IMG/VR virus record: IMGVR_UViG_3300025147_000063
From: a virus
DNA: 15,361 nucleotides
Strand: one strand, 5' to 3'
Positions 6,176 through 15,091 of the stretch are shown in pieces. The notes beneath the pieces are model-generated. The model had not been told where the DNA came from and did not search any database. It saw only the letters and a list, made by a program, of their open reading frames with translations. The number at the start of each line of letters is the position of its first letter. Within the stretch, counting starts at the first letter, position 1. Both the position numbers and the translations under genes were made by a program.

Positions 6176-6361
6176 ATGAAAAATAATTATACTTATACTG
6201 AAATAATACAAGATAAATTAGGTAAAAAATATATGCACACTGTAGATTATATTAAAGTAGAACAATGTAGATTCTGTACTAAAATCAAATCAAAGAAATG
6301 TAGACTAAATATACAAAATGATAAATGTATAAATTATAAATATATAAAAATAAGTAGGTGA
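6176..6361 (+). CDS. small Cys-rich hypothetical protein, 61 aa
   Basis: Intact ORF with upstream AAGGTG; VEQCRFCTKIKSKKCRLNIQNDKC. Confidence 0.5.
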   Translation: MKNNYTYTEIIQDKLGKKYMHTVDYIKVEQCRFCTKIKSKKCRLNIQNDKCINYKYIKISR

Positions 6362-6362
6362 G

Positions 6363-7961
6363 GTGTTGGCTAATAGTAATTTGATACCATTTAATGTGCA
6401 AACTGAGAAAGAACAGAGAGAAAAACAGAGCAATGGTGGAAAAAAATCAGGTGAAGTCAGAAGACAAAAGAAAAAGATGAAAGACGTAATGAATTTAATG
6501 CTTTCACTTGATCTAACTGATGAAAAAGCAAAGCAAGTATTGAAGAATTTAGGCATTCAAGATGAAGACATGAACATTCAGACTGCCGTTGTATTTAGTC
6601 AGGTTAAAAGAGCTATTGCTGGAGATATAGATAGTGCTAAATTCTGTAGAGATACAGCAGGTGAATTTATAGGAGCTGAAGAGGAAAAAGAAAAAACACA
6701 AAATTACACAGTAAACATACCAGCAAATAAAATGGCAAAGTCTTTTGTTGATTTAAATAGATTAATAGATAATAGAACATATATAGAATATTATTTAGAA
6801 GGTGGAAGAGCTAGTTTAAAATCATCATTTGCTAGTGAAAAAGTAATTGAATTATTAGAGAATAATCCTAAAATGTGTGCATTAGTGTTAAGAAGATATA
6901 GTAATACATTAAAAGATAGTGTGCATTCTCAATTACAATGGGCTGTCGCAGAACTTACAGAGACTTATAAAGATTTAACAGACGATTATAAATTTATAAA
7001 AAGCCCAATGGAAGCTACTAAGTTATCTACAGGACAAAAAATATATTTTAGAGGTGCAGATGATCCTTCAAAAATAAAATCAGTAAAACCTCCTAAAGGA
7101 ATGTATATAGGTATAATATGGTATGAGGAATTTGACCAAATGCCTGGTATGAACGCAGTAAGAAAAATCAATCAATCCATTGTAAGAGGTGGAAATGATT
7201 TTATTTTACTTTATACATATAATACTCCACAATCTAGACAACATTTCGTAAATAAAGAAAAAAGAAAAATAAAGAAAACTAGATATGTACATTTATCAGA
7301 TTATAGAGATGCTCCTACTAAATGGTTAGGACAGGCATTCATAGATGAAGCTGAATATGTAAAAGAATCAGCTCCAACTATATATGAAAATGAGTATTTA
7401 GGGCTTGAAACTGGTGACGGTAGTAATGTATTTGAAAATCTAGAGTTAAGAGAAATAACTGATAAAGAAATAAAAACTTTTGATAGAGTATATAACGGTA
7501 TTGACTGGGGTTGGTTTCCTGATCCTTTTACATTTAATAGAATGCACTATGATACAGCTAGAAGAACGTTATATGTATTTGATGAATTGCGATGCAATAA
7601 GAAAAGTAATTTAGAAACATTTAATATGTTAAAAGAAAAAGGTATAACAAATCAAGATCTAATAACAGCCGATTCAGCTGAACCAAAGTCTGTAGATGAT
7701 TATAAAGGTTATGGATCATTTACTCGTGGAGCAGAAAAAGGTCCTGGTAGTGTTGCATATAGCATGAAATGGCTATCAACATTGAATAAAATAATAATAG
7801 ATCCTTTAAGGTGCCCTAAAACAACAGAAGAATTTAGCGAATATGAATTAGAAAAAGATAAAGATGGTAATACAATAACAGGATATCCTGATAAAAACAA
7901 TCATCATATTGATGCCATCAGATATGCAATGGAAACTGTTTGGAAGAGGAGGGGACGATAA
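6363..7961 (+). CDS. phage terminase large subunit (PBSX/SPP1-like) with small-terminase-like N-terminal extension
   Basis: ATPase: EGGRASLKSSFAS (Walker A-like), IIWYEEFDQM (Walker B); nuclease: GIDWGWFPDPFTF, ITADSAEPKS, NNHHIDAIRYA. N-term GGKKSGEVRRQKKKMKDVMNLMLS...IAGDIDSAKFCRDTAGE resembles stand-alone small terminases. GTG/TTG start after TAGGTGAGG. Confidence 0.9.
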   Translation: MLANSNLIPFNVQTEKEQREKQSNGGKKSGEVRRQKKKMKDVMNLMLSLDLTDEKAKQVLKNLGIQDEDMNIQTAVVFSQVKRAIAGDIDSAKFCRDTAGEFIGAEEEKEKTQNYTVNIPANKMAKSFVDLNRLIDNRTYIEYYLEGGRASLKSSFASEKVIELLENNPKMCALVLRRYSNTLKDSVHSQLQWAVAELTETYKDLTDDYKFIKSPMEATKLSTGQKIYFRGADDPSKIKSVKPPKGMYIGIIWYEEFDQMPGMNAVRKINQSIVRGGNDFILLYTYNTPQSRQHFVNKEKRKIKKTRYVHLSDYRDAPTKWLGQAFIDEAEYVKESAPTIYENEYLGLETGDGSNVFENLELREITDKEIKTFDRVYNGIDWGWFPDPFTFNRMHYDTARRTLYVFDELRCNKKSNLETFNMLKEKGITNQDLITADSAEPKSVDDYKGYGSFTRGAEKGPGSVAYSMKWLSTLNKIIIDPLRCPKTTEEFSEYELEKDKDGNTITGYPDKNNHHIDAIRYAMETVWKRRGR

Positions 7962-9374
7962 TTGTTTAATAAAATAATAACATGGATAAAGGAAGTGGTA
8001 AATAAGATGTTTAATAAAACTGATATGCAAGAGGCATTTAATACTGATATATCTGTATCAAATGAAATGATACAAGCAATAAGTTTATGGTCTGAAATGT
8101 ATGAAAATAAAGCACCTTGGCTTGATGAAAACATTAAGAGTTTAAATCTTCCTGCATCTATAGCAAGTGAACTAGCACGTATGGTAACAATAGAATTTAA
8201 AAGTGAAATAACAGGCAGCAAAAGAGCAGACTTTTTAAATGAACAATATAAAATTATAAAAAATAAATTAAGAGTAAATACTGAATATGGAAATGCAAAA
8301 GGCGGAATAATGTTTAAGCCTTATGTAAAAGATGGTAGAATATGTACAGATTACATACAAGCAGATTCTTTTGTGCCTACTTCATTTGATGATTCAGGAA
8401 AAATAATAGGTGTTATTTTTACAAATCAAATAGTAAAAGGTAAATATATATATACAAGATTAGAAGCACATAAATATAGCAATAGTAATTATTTAATAGA
8501 AAATAAAGTATATAAAAGTGAAAGTAATTCTGTATTAGGAAAGCAAGTATCTATGCAAGAAGTAGAAGAATGGAATAATATACAAGAAAAAGTTCTTATT
8601 ATAAATGTAGATAGACCGTTATTTGGATATTACAAAGTTCCACAAGCAAATAATACTGATACTCAATCACCTTTAGGTGTTTCTGTATATGCTAGAGCAG
8701 TCGAAGATATAAAGAAAGCTGATATTCAATACGGACGATTAGATTGGGAATACGAAGCATCTGAAAAAGCAATATATGCTGATATAGTTGCACTTAAAGA
8801 AGCTGATATGGGCAATAATATATCAAAATCTGTAATGCCAACAACAAGAGATAGATTGATTAAAAAAGTAGGAATTGGGAAAGATGATTTCTATGAAGAT
8901 TACTCTCCTGAAATTAGAGATGAAGCATTTATAAGAGGACTAAACAAAGCAAAACAAGAAATTGAGTTTAAATGTGGTCTTGCTTACGGAACAATATCAG
9001 ATCCTCAAGCTATAGAAAAATCAGCTACAGAAGTTAAACAAGGCAAACAAAGATCATATGCTACAGTATCAGATATGCAAAAATCATTACAAAATGCATT
9101 AGATGATTTAATATATGCTATGGATGTATTAGCTACTTTATATAAACTATCTCCTATTGGCAAATATGAAGCATCTTACGAATGGGATGACAGTATTATA
9201 GTTGATACCGAATCAGAACAAGTAATTAGATCACAAGAAGTTACACAAGGATTAAGTAGTAAAAAGAAATACTTAATGTGGAGATATGGTTTAACAGAGG
9301 ATCAAGCACAAGAAATGCTCGATGAAATAAAAGCTGAACAAGGACCAGATACTGGTTTATTTAACGCAGAATAA
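7962..9374 (+). CDS. phage portal protein (A118/SPP1 gp6-like)
   Basis: Position directly after terminase; APWLDENIKSLNLPASIASELARMVTIEF, GGIMFKPYV, YIQADSFVPTSFDDSGKIIGVIF, YEDYSPEIRDEAFIRGLNKAKQEIEFKCGLAYGTISDP; TTG start after GGAGGGG. Confidence 0.88.
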   Translation: MFNKIITWIKEVVNKMFNKTDMQEAFNTDISVSNEMIQAISLWSEMYENKAPWLDENIKSLNLPASIASELARMVTIEFKSEITGSKRADFLNEQYKIIKNKLRVNTEYGNAKGGIMFKPYVKDGRICTDYIQADSFVPTSFDDSGKIIGVIFTNQIVKGKYIYTRLEAHKYSNSNYLIENKVYKSESNSVLGKQVSMQEVEEWNNIQEKVLIINVDRPLFGYYKVPQANNTDTQSPLGVSVYARAVEDIKKADIQYGRLDWEYEASEKAIYADIVALKEADMGNNISKSVMPTTRDRLIKKVGIGKDDFYEDYSPEIRDEAFIRGLNKAKQEIEFKCGLAYGTISDPQAIEKSATEVKQGKQRSYATVSDMQKSLQNALDDLIYAMDVLATLYKLSPIGKYEASYEWDDSIIVDTESEQVIRSQEVTQGLSSKKKYLMWRYGLTEDQAQEMLDEIKAEQGPDTGLFNAE

Positions 9375-9385
9375 GAGGTGATACG

Positions 9386-10537
9386 ATGATAACACCTAAC
9401 TATTTAGAGCATATAGCAGATGATGTAGTAAACTTATATACTGATTTAGAAAACAAGGTAATAAAGGACATTGTGCGAAGATTAGTAACTGCAGGTGAAA
9501 TGACTGAGTCAGCTAGATGGCAAATAAAAAGATTACAACAATCTGGGTTAGTATATGATGATGTAATAAAGAGAATAGCACAAACTTCAGGTGAATCCGA
9601 TAGAGTAATTAAAAGGTTATTTGAAGATAGTTCTATAGAAGCTTTAAAATACGATGATAATATATATAAACAGGTTGGACTCAATCCTATATCTATTAAA
9701 CAAAGCCCAGCAATGTTAAAGATATTAACTACAGGAATAGATAAAACAAATGGAACATTAAAGAATTTAACTTTAACAAGTGCAAATTCAGCACAAAGTG
9801 TTTTAATACAATCACTAGATAATGCATATATGCAAGTAGCATCTGGAGCTTTTGATTATAATACTGCTATATTTAATACAATTAAAAATATTACTACTAA
9901 TGGATTAGATATAACATATGATACAGGCCATAAAGATAAAATAGATGTAGTAGTACGTAGAAATGTATTAGCAGGTATAAATCAAACGGCATGTAAAATA
10001 CAAGATGAACGTGCTGATGAAATGGGTAGTGATTTAGTTGAAACATCAGCACATGCAGGAGCTAGACCAGAACATGCAATATGGCAAGCTAGAGTATTTA
10101 GTAGATCAGGCACAAATAAGAAATATCCTGATTTTAAAAAGTCTACAGGATATGGCACTGGCCCAGGACTTGGTGGTTGGAATTGTAGGCACAACTATTA
10201 TCCATTCTTTGAAGAATTATCTGATAGATCATATACAGATAAAGAACTAGATGAGATAAACAATAAAACAGTAATGTATAATAATAAAGAATATACTGAA
10301 TATGAAGCTACACAAATGCAGCGTAAAGCAGAAAGAAATATAAGAACTTCAAAGAGAGAGTTATCAGCTTATGATGGAATAATGAGTAGTAATGCTACCA
10401 ATTCTTTAAGAAAAGAAGCTGAAACTAAATATAGTATTACTTCTGCAGAACTTAAATCAAAATCAAAAGAACTAAAAGGCTTTATAGAACAAACAGGTCT
10501 TACAAGAGATAAAGCAAGAGAAAGAATAGTTAAATGA
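9386..10537 (+). CDS. phage minor capsid / head morphogenesis protein (Phage_min_cap2-like)
   Basis: Follows portal; contains AHAGARPEHAIWQARVFSRSG...GGWNCRHNYYPFFEELSDRSYT, a signature of A118-like minor capsid proteins. Confidence 0.88.
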   Translation: MITPNYLEHIADDVVNLYTDLENKVIKDIVRRLVTAGEMTESARWQIKRLQQSGLVYDDVIKRIAQTSGESDRVIKRLFEDSSIEALKYDDNIYKQVGLNPISIKQSPAMLKILTTGIDKTNGTLKNLTLTSANSAQSVLIQSLDNAYMQVASGAFDYNTAIFNTIKNITTNGLDITYDTGHKDKIDVVVRRNVLAGINQTACKIQDERADEMGSDLVETSAHAGARPEHAIWQARVFSRSGTNKKYPDFKKSTGYGTGPGLGGWNCRHNYYPFFEELSDRSYTDKELDEINNKTVMYNNKEYTEYEATQMQRKAERNIRTSKRELSAYDGIMSSNATNSLRKEAETKYSITSAELKSKSKELKGFIEQTGLTRDKARERIVK

Positions 10538-10555
10538 AAGTATAGGTGATATTAT

Positions 10556-10927
10556 ATGCCTAACATAGAAGAATTAAATAATATAGTTAAAAAGTTACAA
10601 GAAATAATGCGTATACAGGATTGGGATATAGAAGTTGCTATAGCAAATAAATATGAAATAAAAGATGAGATAGATGATGACAACATATACGGAGTATCAA
10701 TAAGACATATGAAAATGAAAACAGCAAAAATACTTTTAAATAAAGATCATCATCCTGAAGAATGGTATGCAACACTAGTACATGAATTAAAACATATACA
10801 AAGTAGTGATATGCTAAATGAAATGAAAAAGAATATGAATGATAAGCAATTTGATAGTTTAATATATTATGAACAATTAACAGAAATATTAACAAAAGAA
10901 TTTATAACTTTGTATCCACAAAAATAA
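10556..10927 (+). CDS. putative small zinc metallopeptidase-like protein (HExxH)
   Basis: 123-aa ORF with LVHELKHIQ (HExxH) followed by downstream acidic residues (YYEQLTEILTKEF). Confidence 0.6.
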   Translation: MPNIEELNNIVKKLQEIMRIQDWDIEVAIANKYEIKDEIDDDNIYGVSIRHMKMKTAKILLNKDHHPEEWYATLVHELKHIQSSDMLNEMKKNMNDKQFDSLIYYEQLTEILTKEFITLYPQK

Positions 10928-10936
10928 AAGAGAATT

Positions 10937-10966
10937 AAGTATTATATGAAAATATAGTGCTTTTTT
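10937..10966 (+). terminator. intrinsic terminator
   Basis: AAGTATTATAT GAAA ATATAGTGCTT (11-bp stem, two G-U, GAAA tetraloop) then TTTT. Confidence 0.85.
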
Positions 10967-11103
10967 ATATGCCTAAAAACGTGTGCAGGGGCATAAAACA
11001 GTTAATCTGCTAATCATGTAAATTAGTCTATTTGCAGACTTAATAAAGCAAAACAACAAGTGAAGCGACCACTTATAAAAGCATAGTTGGAGAAAGGAAT
11101 AGT

Positions 11104-11670
11104 ATGAAGACAGATGAATTAACAGCTTTAGGACTAACAGAGGATCAAGCTAAGTCAGTGTTAATAATTAATGGAAAAGATATTGAAAAACACAAAACTT
11201 TGACTGAAACTCAAAAGACAGAGTTAGATACTACTAATACTCAATTAGTAGAGGCTAATAAACAAATTGATAGTTATAAATCTATGGATATTGAAACTAT
11301 CAAAAAAAATGCTGATGAATATAAATCTAAATTTGAACAATCTGAAAAAGATAAAACAACTCAAATAGAAGCTTTAAGGTATGATACAGCATTAGACAAA
11401 TATGTAGGAAATTTAAAAATTAAAGATGAAGTTCATTCTAATAACTTAAAAAATCAAATTAAAGAGAAAAAACTTCAATTTGAAGAAGATAAGTTAATAG
11501 GCGGAGATGATGTTGTAAAATCTTATAAAGAAAAATATGCAAATGTATTTGAAGATGAAACTCCACCTCCAGAATTTACAACTACACAAACTAAAACTCC
11601 GACTCTTATAACAGGAGATCCAAATAAAATGGACTACAATACTTATAAGGCCTGGAGAAAACAAAATTAA
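11104..11670 (+). CDS. phage scaffold protein (GP20-like)
   Basis: Coiled-coil, charged protein directly before major capsid: LTEDQAKSVLIINGKDIEKHKTLTETQK...YDTALDKYVGNLKIKD... Confidence 0.8.
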   Translation: MKTDELTALGLTEDQAKSVLIINGKDIEKHKTLTETQKTELDTTNTQLVEANKQIDSYKSMDIETIKKNADEYKSKFEQSEKDKTTQIEALRYDTALDKYVGNLKIKDEVHSNNLKNQIKEKKLQFEEDKLIGGDDVVKSYKEKYANVFEDETPPPEFTTTQTKTPTLITGDPNKMDYNTYKAWRKQN

Positions 11671-11704
11671 AGAAATATAGAAATATAGAAAGAAGGAATT
11701 TATT

Positions 11705-12802
11705 ATGCCAAATACAATATTAACACCTCAAGTGATTGCAAATGAAGCTTTGATGGTATTAGAATCAAATTTAACTATGTCTAATTTAGTACATAGAGAT
11801 TATTCAAAAGAGTACGTACAAGTAGGAGATACAATAACAGTTAGAAAACCTGGAAAATTTGTTGCTAAGAATTTTATAGGAGAAACAGAAGAACAAGCTT
11901 TAACAGAAGGTTCAGTACCTGTTGTAATAGATCGTTATAGAGATGTAACTGTTCCAGTAACATCTAAAGAAATGACTTTGGATATTAAAGATTTTAGCGA
12001 ACAAGTTATTACTCCTGCATTAATATCTATTGCTCAAGCAGTAGATATAGATGTATTAACAGTTGGTATAGAGAAAGCTGGAAGTAAAGTAGATGTATCA
12101 GGTACTCCAACAATACAAGATATTGCTAACGTTGGAAAAGCCTTAGATAAGAAAAAAGCACCAAGAGATAACTTAAGAAACTTAGTATTAGCAGTAGATA
12201 CTTTATATAAATATAACACTTTAGATACTTTTGCTAAAGTATCTTATAAAGGAGATAGCGAGGCACTAAAAAATGCTGAAATAGGTAAAGTATATACAAT
12301 GAATACATTTATGTCTCAAAATGCTCCTCAAAATTCATCTGTAACAGCTGGAACAGTAACTGCATATAAAGTAGTTTGTACAAAAGGTGCATCTCAATTC
12401 ACTGTAAGTGCAGGAGCAGCAGCAACAGGAACAATTAAAGTTGGTGACCAATTAATAGTTAATGGTTACTTATTTGAATGTGCAGAAGATTTAATATTAG
12501 TTGCAGGTGCAGGAACATTAAAAGTAACTGAAAAAGCACCATTTACAATAACAGAAGCTCAAAGTGTAGTAATAATAAATAAAGCTCATTCTTTAGGTTT
12601 CCACAGAAATGGTTTAGCATTAGTAACAAGACAATTAGAATTACCTCAAGGAGCAGCTAAAGCAGCTATAGCTAGTGCTAATGGATTAGCAGTTAGAGTT
12701 GTATTTGATTATGATTCTAAAACTAAAACAGATAAAGTTTCTTTTGATATTATATATGGTATTAAAGAATTAGATACAGATTTATTAGTAGATTTTGCTT
12801 AA
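11705..12802 (+). CDS. major capsid protein (P22 coat / HK97-fold family)
   Basis: MPNTILTPQVIANEALMVLESNLTMSNLVHRDYSKEYVQVGDTITVRKPGKF...VPVTSKEMTLDIKDFSEQVITPA; follows scaffold. Confidence 0.88.
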   Translation: MPNTILTPQVIANEALMVLESNLTMSNLVHRDYSKEYVQVGDTITVRKPGKFVAKNFIGETEEQALTEGSVPVVIDRYRDVTVPVTSKEMTLDIKDFSEQVITPALISIAQAVDIDVLTVGIEKAGSKVDVSGTPTIQDIANVGKALDKKKAPRDNLRNLVLAVDTLYKYNTLDTFAKVSYKGDSEALKNAEIGKVYTMNTFMSQNAPQNSSVTAGTVTAYKVVCTKGASQFTVSAGAAATGTIKVGDQLIVNGYLFECAEDLILVAGAGTLKVTEKAPFTITEAQSVVIINKAHSLGFHRNGLALVTRQLELPQGAAKAAIASANGLAVRVVFDYDSKTKTDKVSFDIIYGIKELDTDLLVDFA

Positions 12803-12819
12803 GAAAGTAGGTGCAAGGC

Positions 12820-13149
12820 ATGTCATACGTAGATTATACATTTTACAAAGATAATTATCATGGTATCATGCCTTCATCTATTTTTGATAGATTAGTGATT
12901 GGAGCAAGTGCATATATAAAACGTAATACTTTTAGTAGGATAGATGAAACTAATATACTAGATGAAGTTAAATATTGTGCTTGTACTCTTGCTGATAAAA
13001 TGTTAAAGATAGAAAAACGTGAAGGTAAAAAATCCGAAAGTGTTGGAACTCAATCTGCAAGTTATGTTGAAAAATCACAAGATGATGCAGATAAGTATCA
13101 AATATTAACCGACTATCTAGATCCTAAATTGCTTTATAGGGGGTGTTAA
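12820..13149 (+). CDS. head-tail connector protein (gp6-like)
   Basis: MSYVDYTFYKDNYHGIMPSSIFDRLVIGASAYIKRNTF, typical connector position and sequence style; ATG 12820 preferred over GTG 12811 because of AGGTG spacing. Confidence 0.7.
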   Translation: MSYVDYTFYKDNYHGIMPSSIFDRLVIGASAYIKRNTFSRIDETNILDEVKYCACTLADKMLKIEKREGKKSESVGTQSASYVEKSQDDADKYQILTDYLDPKLLYRGC

Positions 13150-13151
13150 TT

Positions 13152-13490
13152 ATGTTTCCACATGATTGTACACTTTATTATAAAACTCTTAATAAAACCA
13201 CTAGGTTGGACGAGTATATACGTGCTTATGTATATGAAGTATTCTTTGATAATGTAGAAGGTATAAATATAACTAAAAGTGGAGCTGCTAATGAAAATAA
13301 AGCTTTAATAGTAATACCAGATACTAGTATTTCAATTAGAAAAGGTGATATTATAGTAAAAGGAATTATAGATTATACTTTTGTGACGTTAGCAGATATT
13401 CAAAAGAAGTTTACAAATGTTTATATCGTAACCTCTGTGGATGTTAAAGATTTTGGAGGATTACAACATATCGAAGTAGGTGCTAAATAA
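13152..13490 (+). CDS. putative minor capsid / head completion protein
   Basis: Intact ORF in connector position; ATG 13152 (track uses GTG 13143). Confidence 0.65.
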   Translation: MFPHDCTLYYKTLNKTTRLDEYIRAYVYEVFFDNVEGINITKSGAANENKALIVIPDTSISIRKGDIIVKGIIDYTFVTLADIQKKFTNVYIVTSVDVKDFGGLQHIEVGAK

Positions 13491-13912
13491 TGGAAATACA
13501 AACACCTAGAGGTAAAATATACCACGATAAAAACGGTGAAGCGCAATTAGAATGGAATCCAGAATTTAAATCAAAATGGAATGGTCAGTTTAATTCAGCT
13601 CAAAAGTTTATAGATAATGAAGTATTAAGATTAAATGATAAATATACACCGTTTCAATCGGGTATGTTAACAAAGTCAGGAATACTTGGTACTGTTGTAG
13701 GTAGTGGTAATATAGAGTATAATTCTATATATTCTCGTTATCAATACTATGGTAAAGTAATGGTAGGAAAAGCTCCTAAACAAGTAACTGATAAAGATTT
13801 AGTTTATACTGGAGGACCAATGCGTGGAGCATTTTGGTTTGAACGTATGAAAGCAGATAACAAAGAACAAATACTTGAAGGTGCTGGAAAAATAGCAGGA
13901 GGTAGTAAATGA
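13490..13912 (+). CDS. minor capsid protein (Minor_capsid_2-like)
   Basis: YTPFQSGMLTKSGILGTVVGSGNIEYNSIYSRYQYYGK...GPMRGAFWFERMKADNKEQIL is characteristic of this family. Confidence 0.8.
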   Translation: MEIQTPRGKIYHDKNGEAQLEWNPEFKSKWNGQFNSAQKFIDNEVLRLNDKYTPFQSGMLTKSGILGTVVGSGNIEYNSIYSRYQYYGKVMVGKAPKQVTDKDLVYTGGPMRGAFWFERMKADNKEQILEGAGKIAGGSK

Positions 13913-14313
13913 TAGATAAGATAAGAAAATACTTTATAGACTGTCCTTGTTTGGACAAAAATGGACGAATAGGGGTAGATTATTTAGGTAGCGACTCAGT
14001 AGATTACTCTATCGAACAAACTCCTGTATCTCCTATTATAAAGAAGTATAGAGATGGTGGTAGCTTAAGGCAATTATCATTTATATTAGCTAGTAGACAA
14101 GCTTGGGGTGCCGACGTTATAAATAATTTACTTAATTGTAAATTGTATAACGATATTGAAGCATGGATTGAAGATAACAACGATAATGGCATACTACCTG
14201 AAATAAATGGTATTGAAAGTATAGAATGTACAAGTACAGGATATGCCTATCAAGTAAGTGAACTTACTGCTAGATATCAAATACCAATGAGAATAACATA
14301 TTATAAAGATTAA
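13909..14313 (+). CDS. minor capsid protein C-like / tail terminator-type protein
   Basis: VDYSIEQTPVSPIIKKYRDGGSLRQLSFILASRQAWGADVINNL; ATGA overlap with previous gene and module position. Confidence 0.75.
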   Translation: MIDKIRKYFIDCPCLDKNGRIGVDYLGSDSVDYSIEQTPVSPIIKKYRDGGSLRQLSFILASRQAWGADVINNLLNCKLYNDIEAWIEDNNDNGILPEINGIESIECTSTGYAYQVSELTARYQIPMRITYYKD

Positions 14314-14333
14314 TTAAGGGAGGAAGAAATTAA

Positions 14334-15059
14334 ATGAATAATTTAGTTAAAAGAAATAAAAAAGTAATGTTTTATGGAATATTAAACGCAGGTACAACTT
14401 TGTATCATAGAATGAAAGGTTTTACAGATTCATCTATTTCTAAAAATTCAAAAGAATATTCAAGACAATATGTTGATGAAGATTTTGAACAAACAGATGT
14501 TACTGGATATAGTCCATCTATGAGTTATGCATTTGATCAATATACAGAGAATTTAGTACATGATGATATAGTAAGTATAACTGATAATGAAAAAATGGGA
14601 GCAGATGCTGTAAGATCAATAATTAATGTTGATTTTACAAAGTCTGGTTTAGCAGCTAATTCATTTGTAGCAATAAAAAGAGATTTTGCTGTAATTCCTG
14701 ATAGCGAAGGAGATAGCACAGATGCATATACGTATTCTGGTAACTTAAAAGTAAAAGGTGAAAAAGTAATTGGAGAAATAACTTCTATTGATAATTTTCA
14801 AACAATTACATTTATACCTGGTACTGGAGTATTACAACTTGCAACATTTAGTGTTAAAAATGCTACAGTACAAATTGCTGGCGCAACAATAGTAATTTCT
14901 AATCAAACACTAGTAACAAATGATAATGGAATAGCTAATATAGAATTAGGAACAGGTACATATCCTTATATTATTTCTAAAACAGGATATACAGATAAAA
15001 CTGGTAGTATGGTAATTGTAAGTTCCCCAGTTTACAAAGCAGAGACTATTGTAGTATAA
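14334..15059 (+). CDS. major tail (tube) protein with C-terminal Ig/carboxypeptidase-regulatory-like domain
   Basis: DEDFEQTDVTGYSPSMSYAFDQYTENLVHDDIVSITDNEKMGADAVRSIINVDF fits phage tail tube; C-term GATIVISNQTLVTNDNGIANIELGTGTYPYIISKTGYTDKTG. Confidence 0.75.
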   Translation: MNNLVKRNKKVMFYGILNAGTTLYHRMKGFTDSSISKNSKEYSRQYVDEDFEQTDVTGYSPSMSYAFDQYTENLVHDDIVSITDNEKMGADAVRSIINVDFTKSGLAANSFVAIKRDFAVIPDSEGDSTDAYTYSGNLKVKGEKVIGEITSIDNFQTITFIPGTGVLQLATFSVKNATVQIAGATIVISNQTLVTNDNGIANIELGTGTYPYIISKTGYTDKTGSMVIVSSPVYKAETIVV

Positions 15060-15091
15060 TAATAATAACAATATAGGAAGAGGTATTTAAA

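Noticed and set aside
10038-10250. Plus-strand 70-aa ORF MKHQHMQELDQNMQYG...
   Set aside because: Alternate frame inside the clearly conserved minor capsid gene at its signature region; no ribosome binding site evidence.
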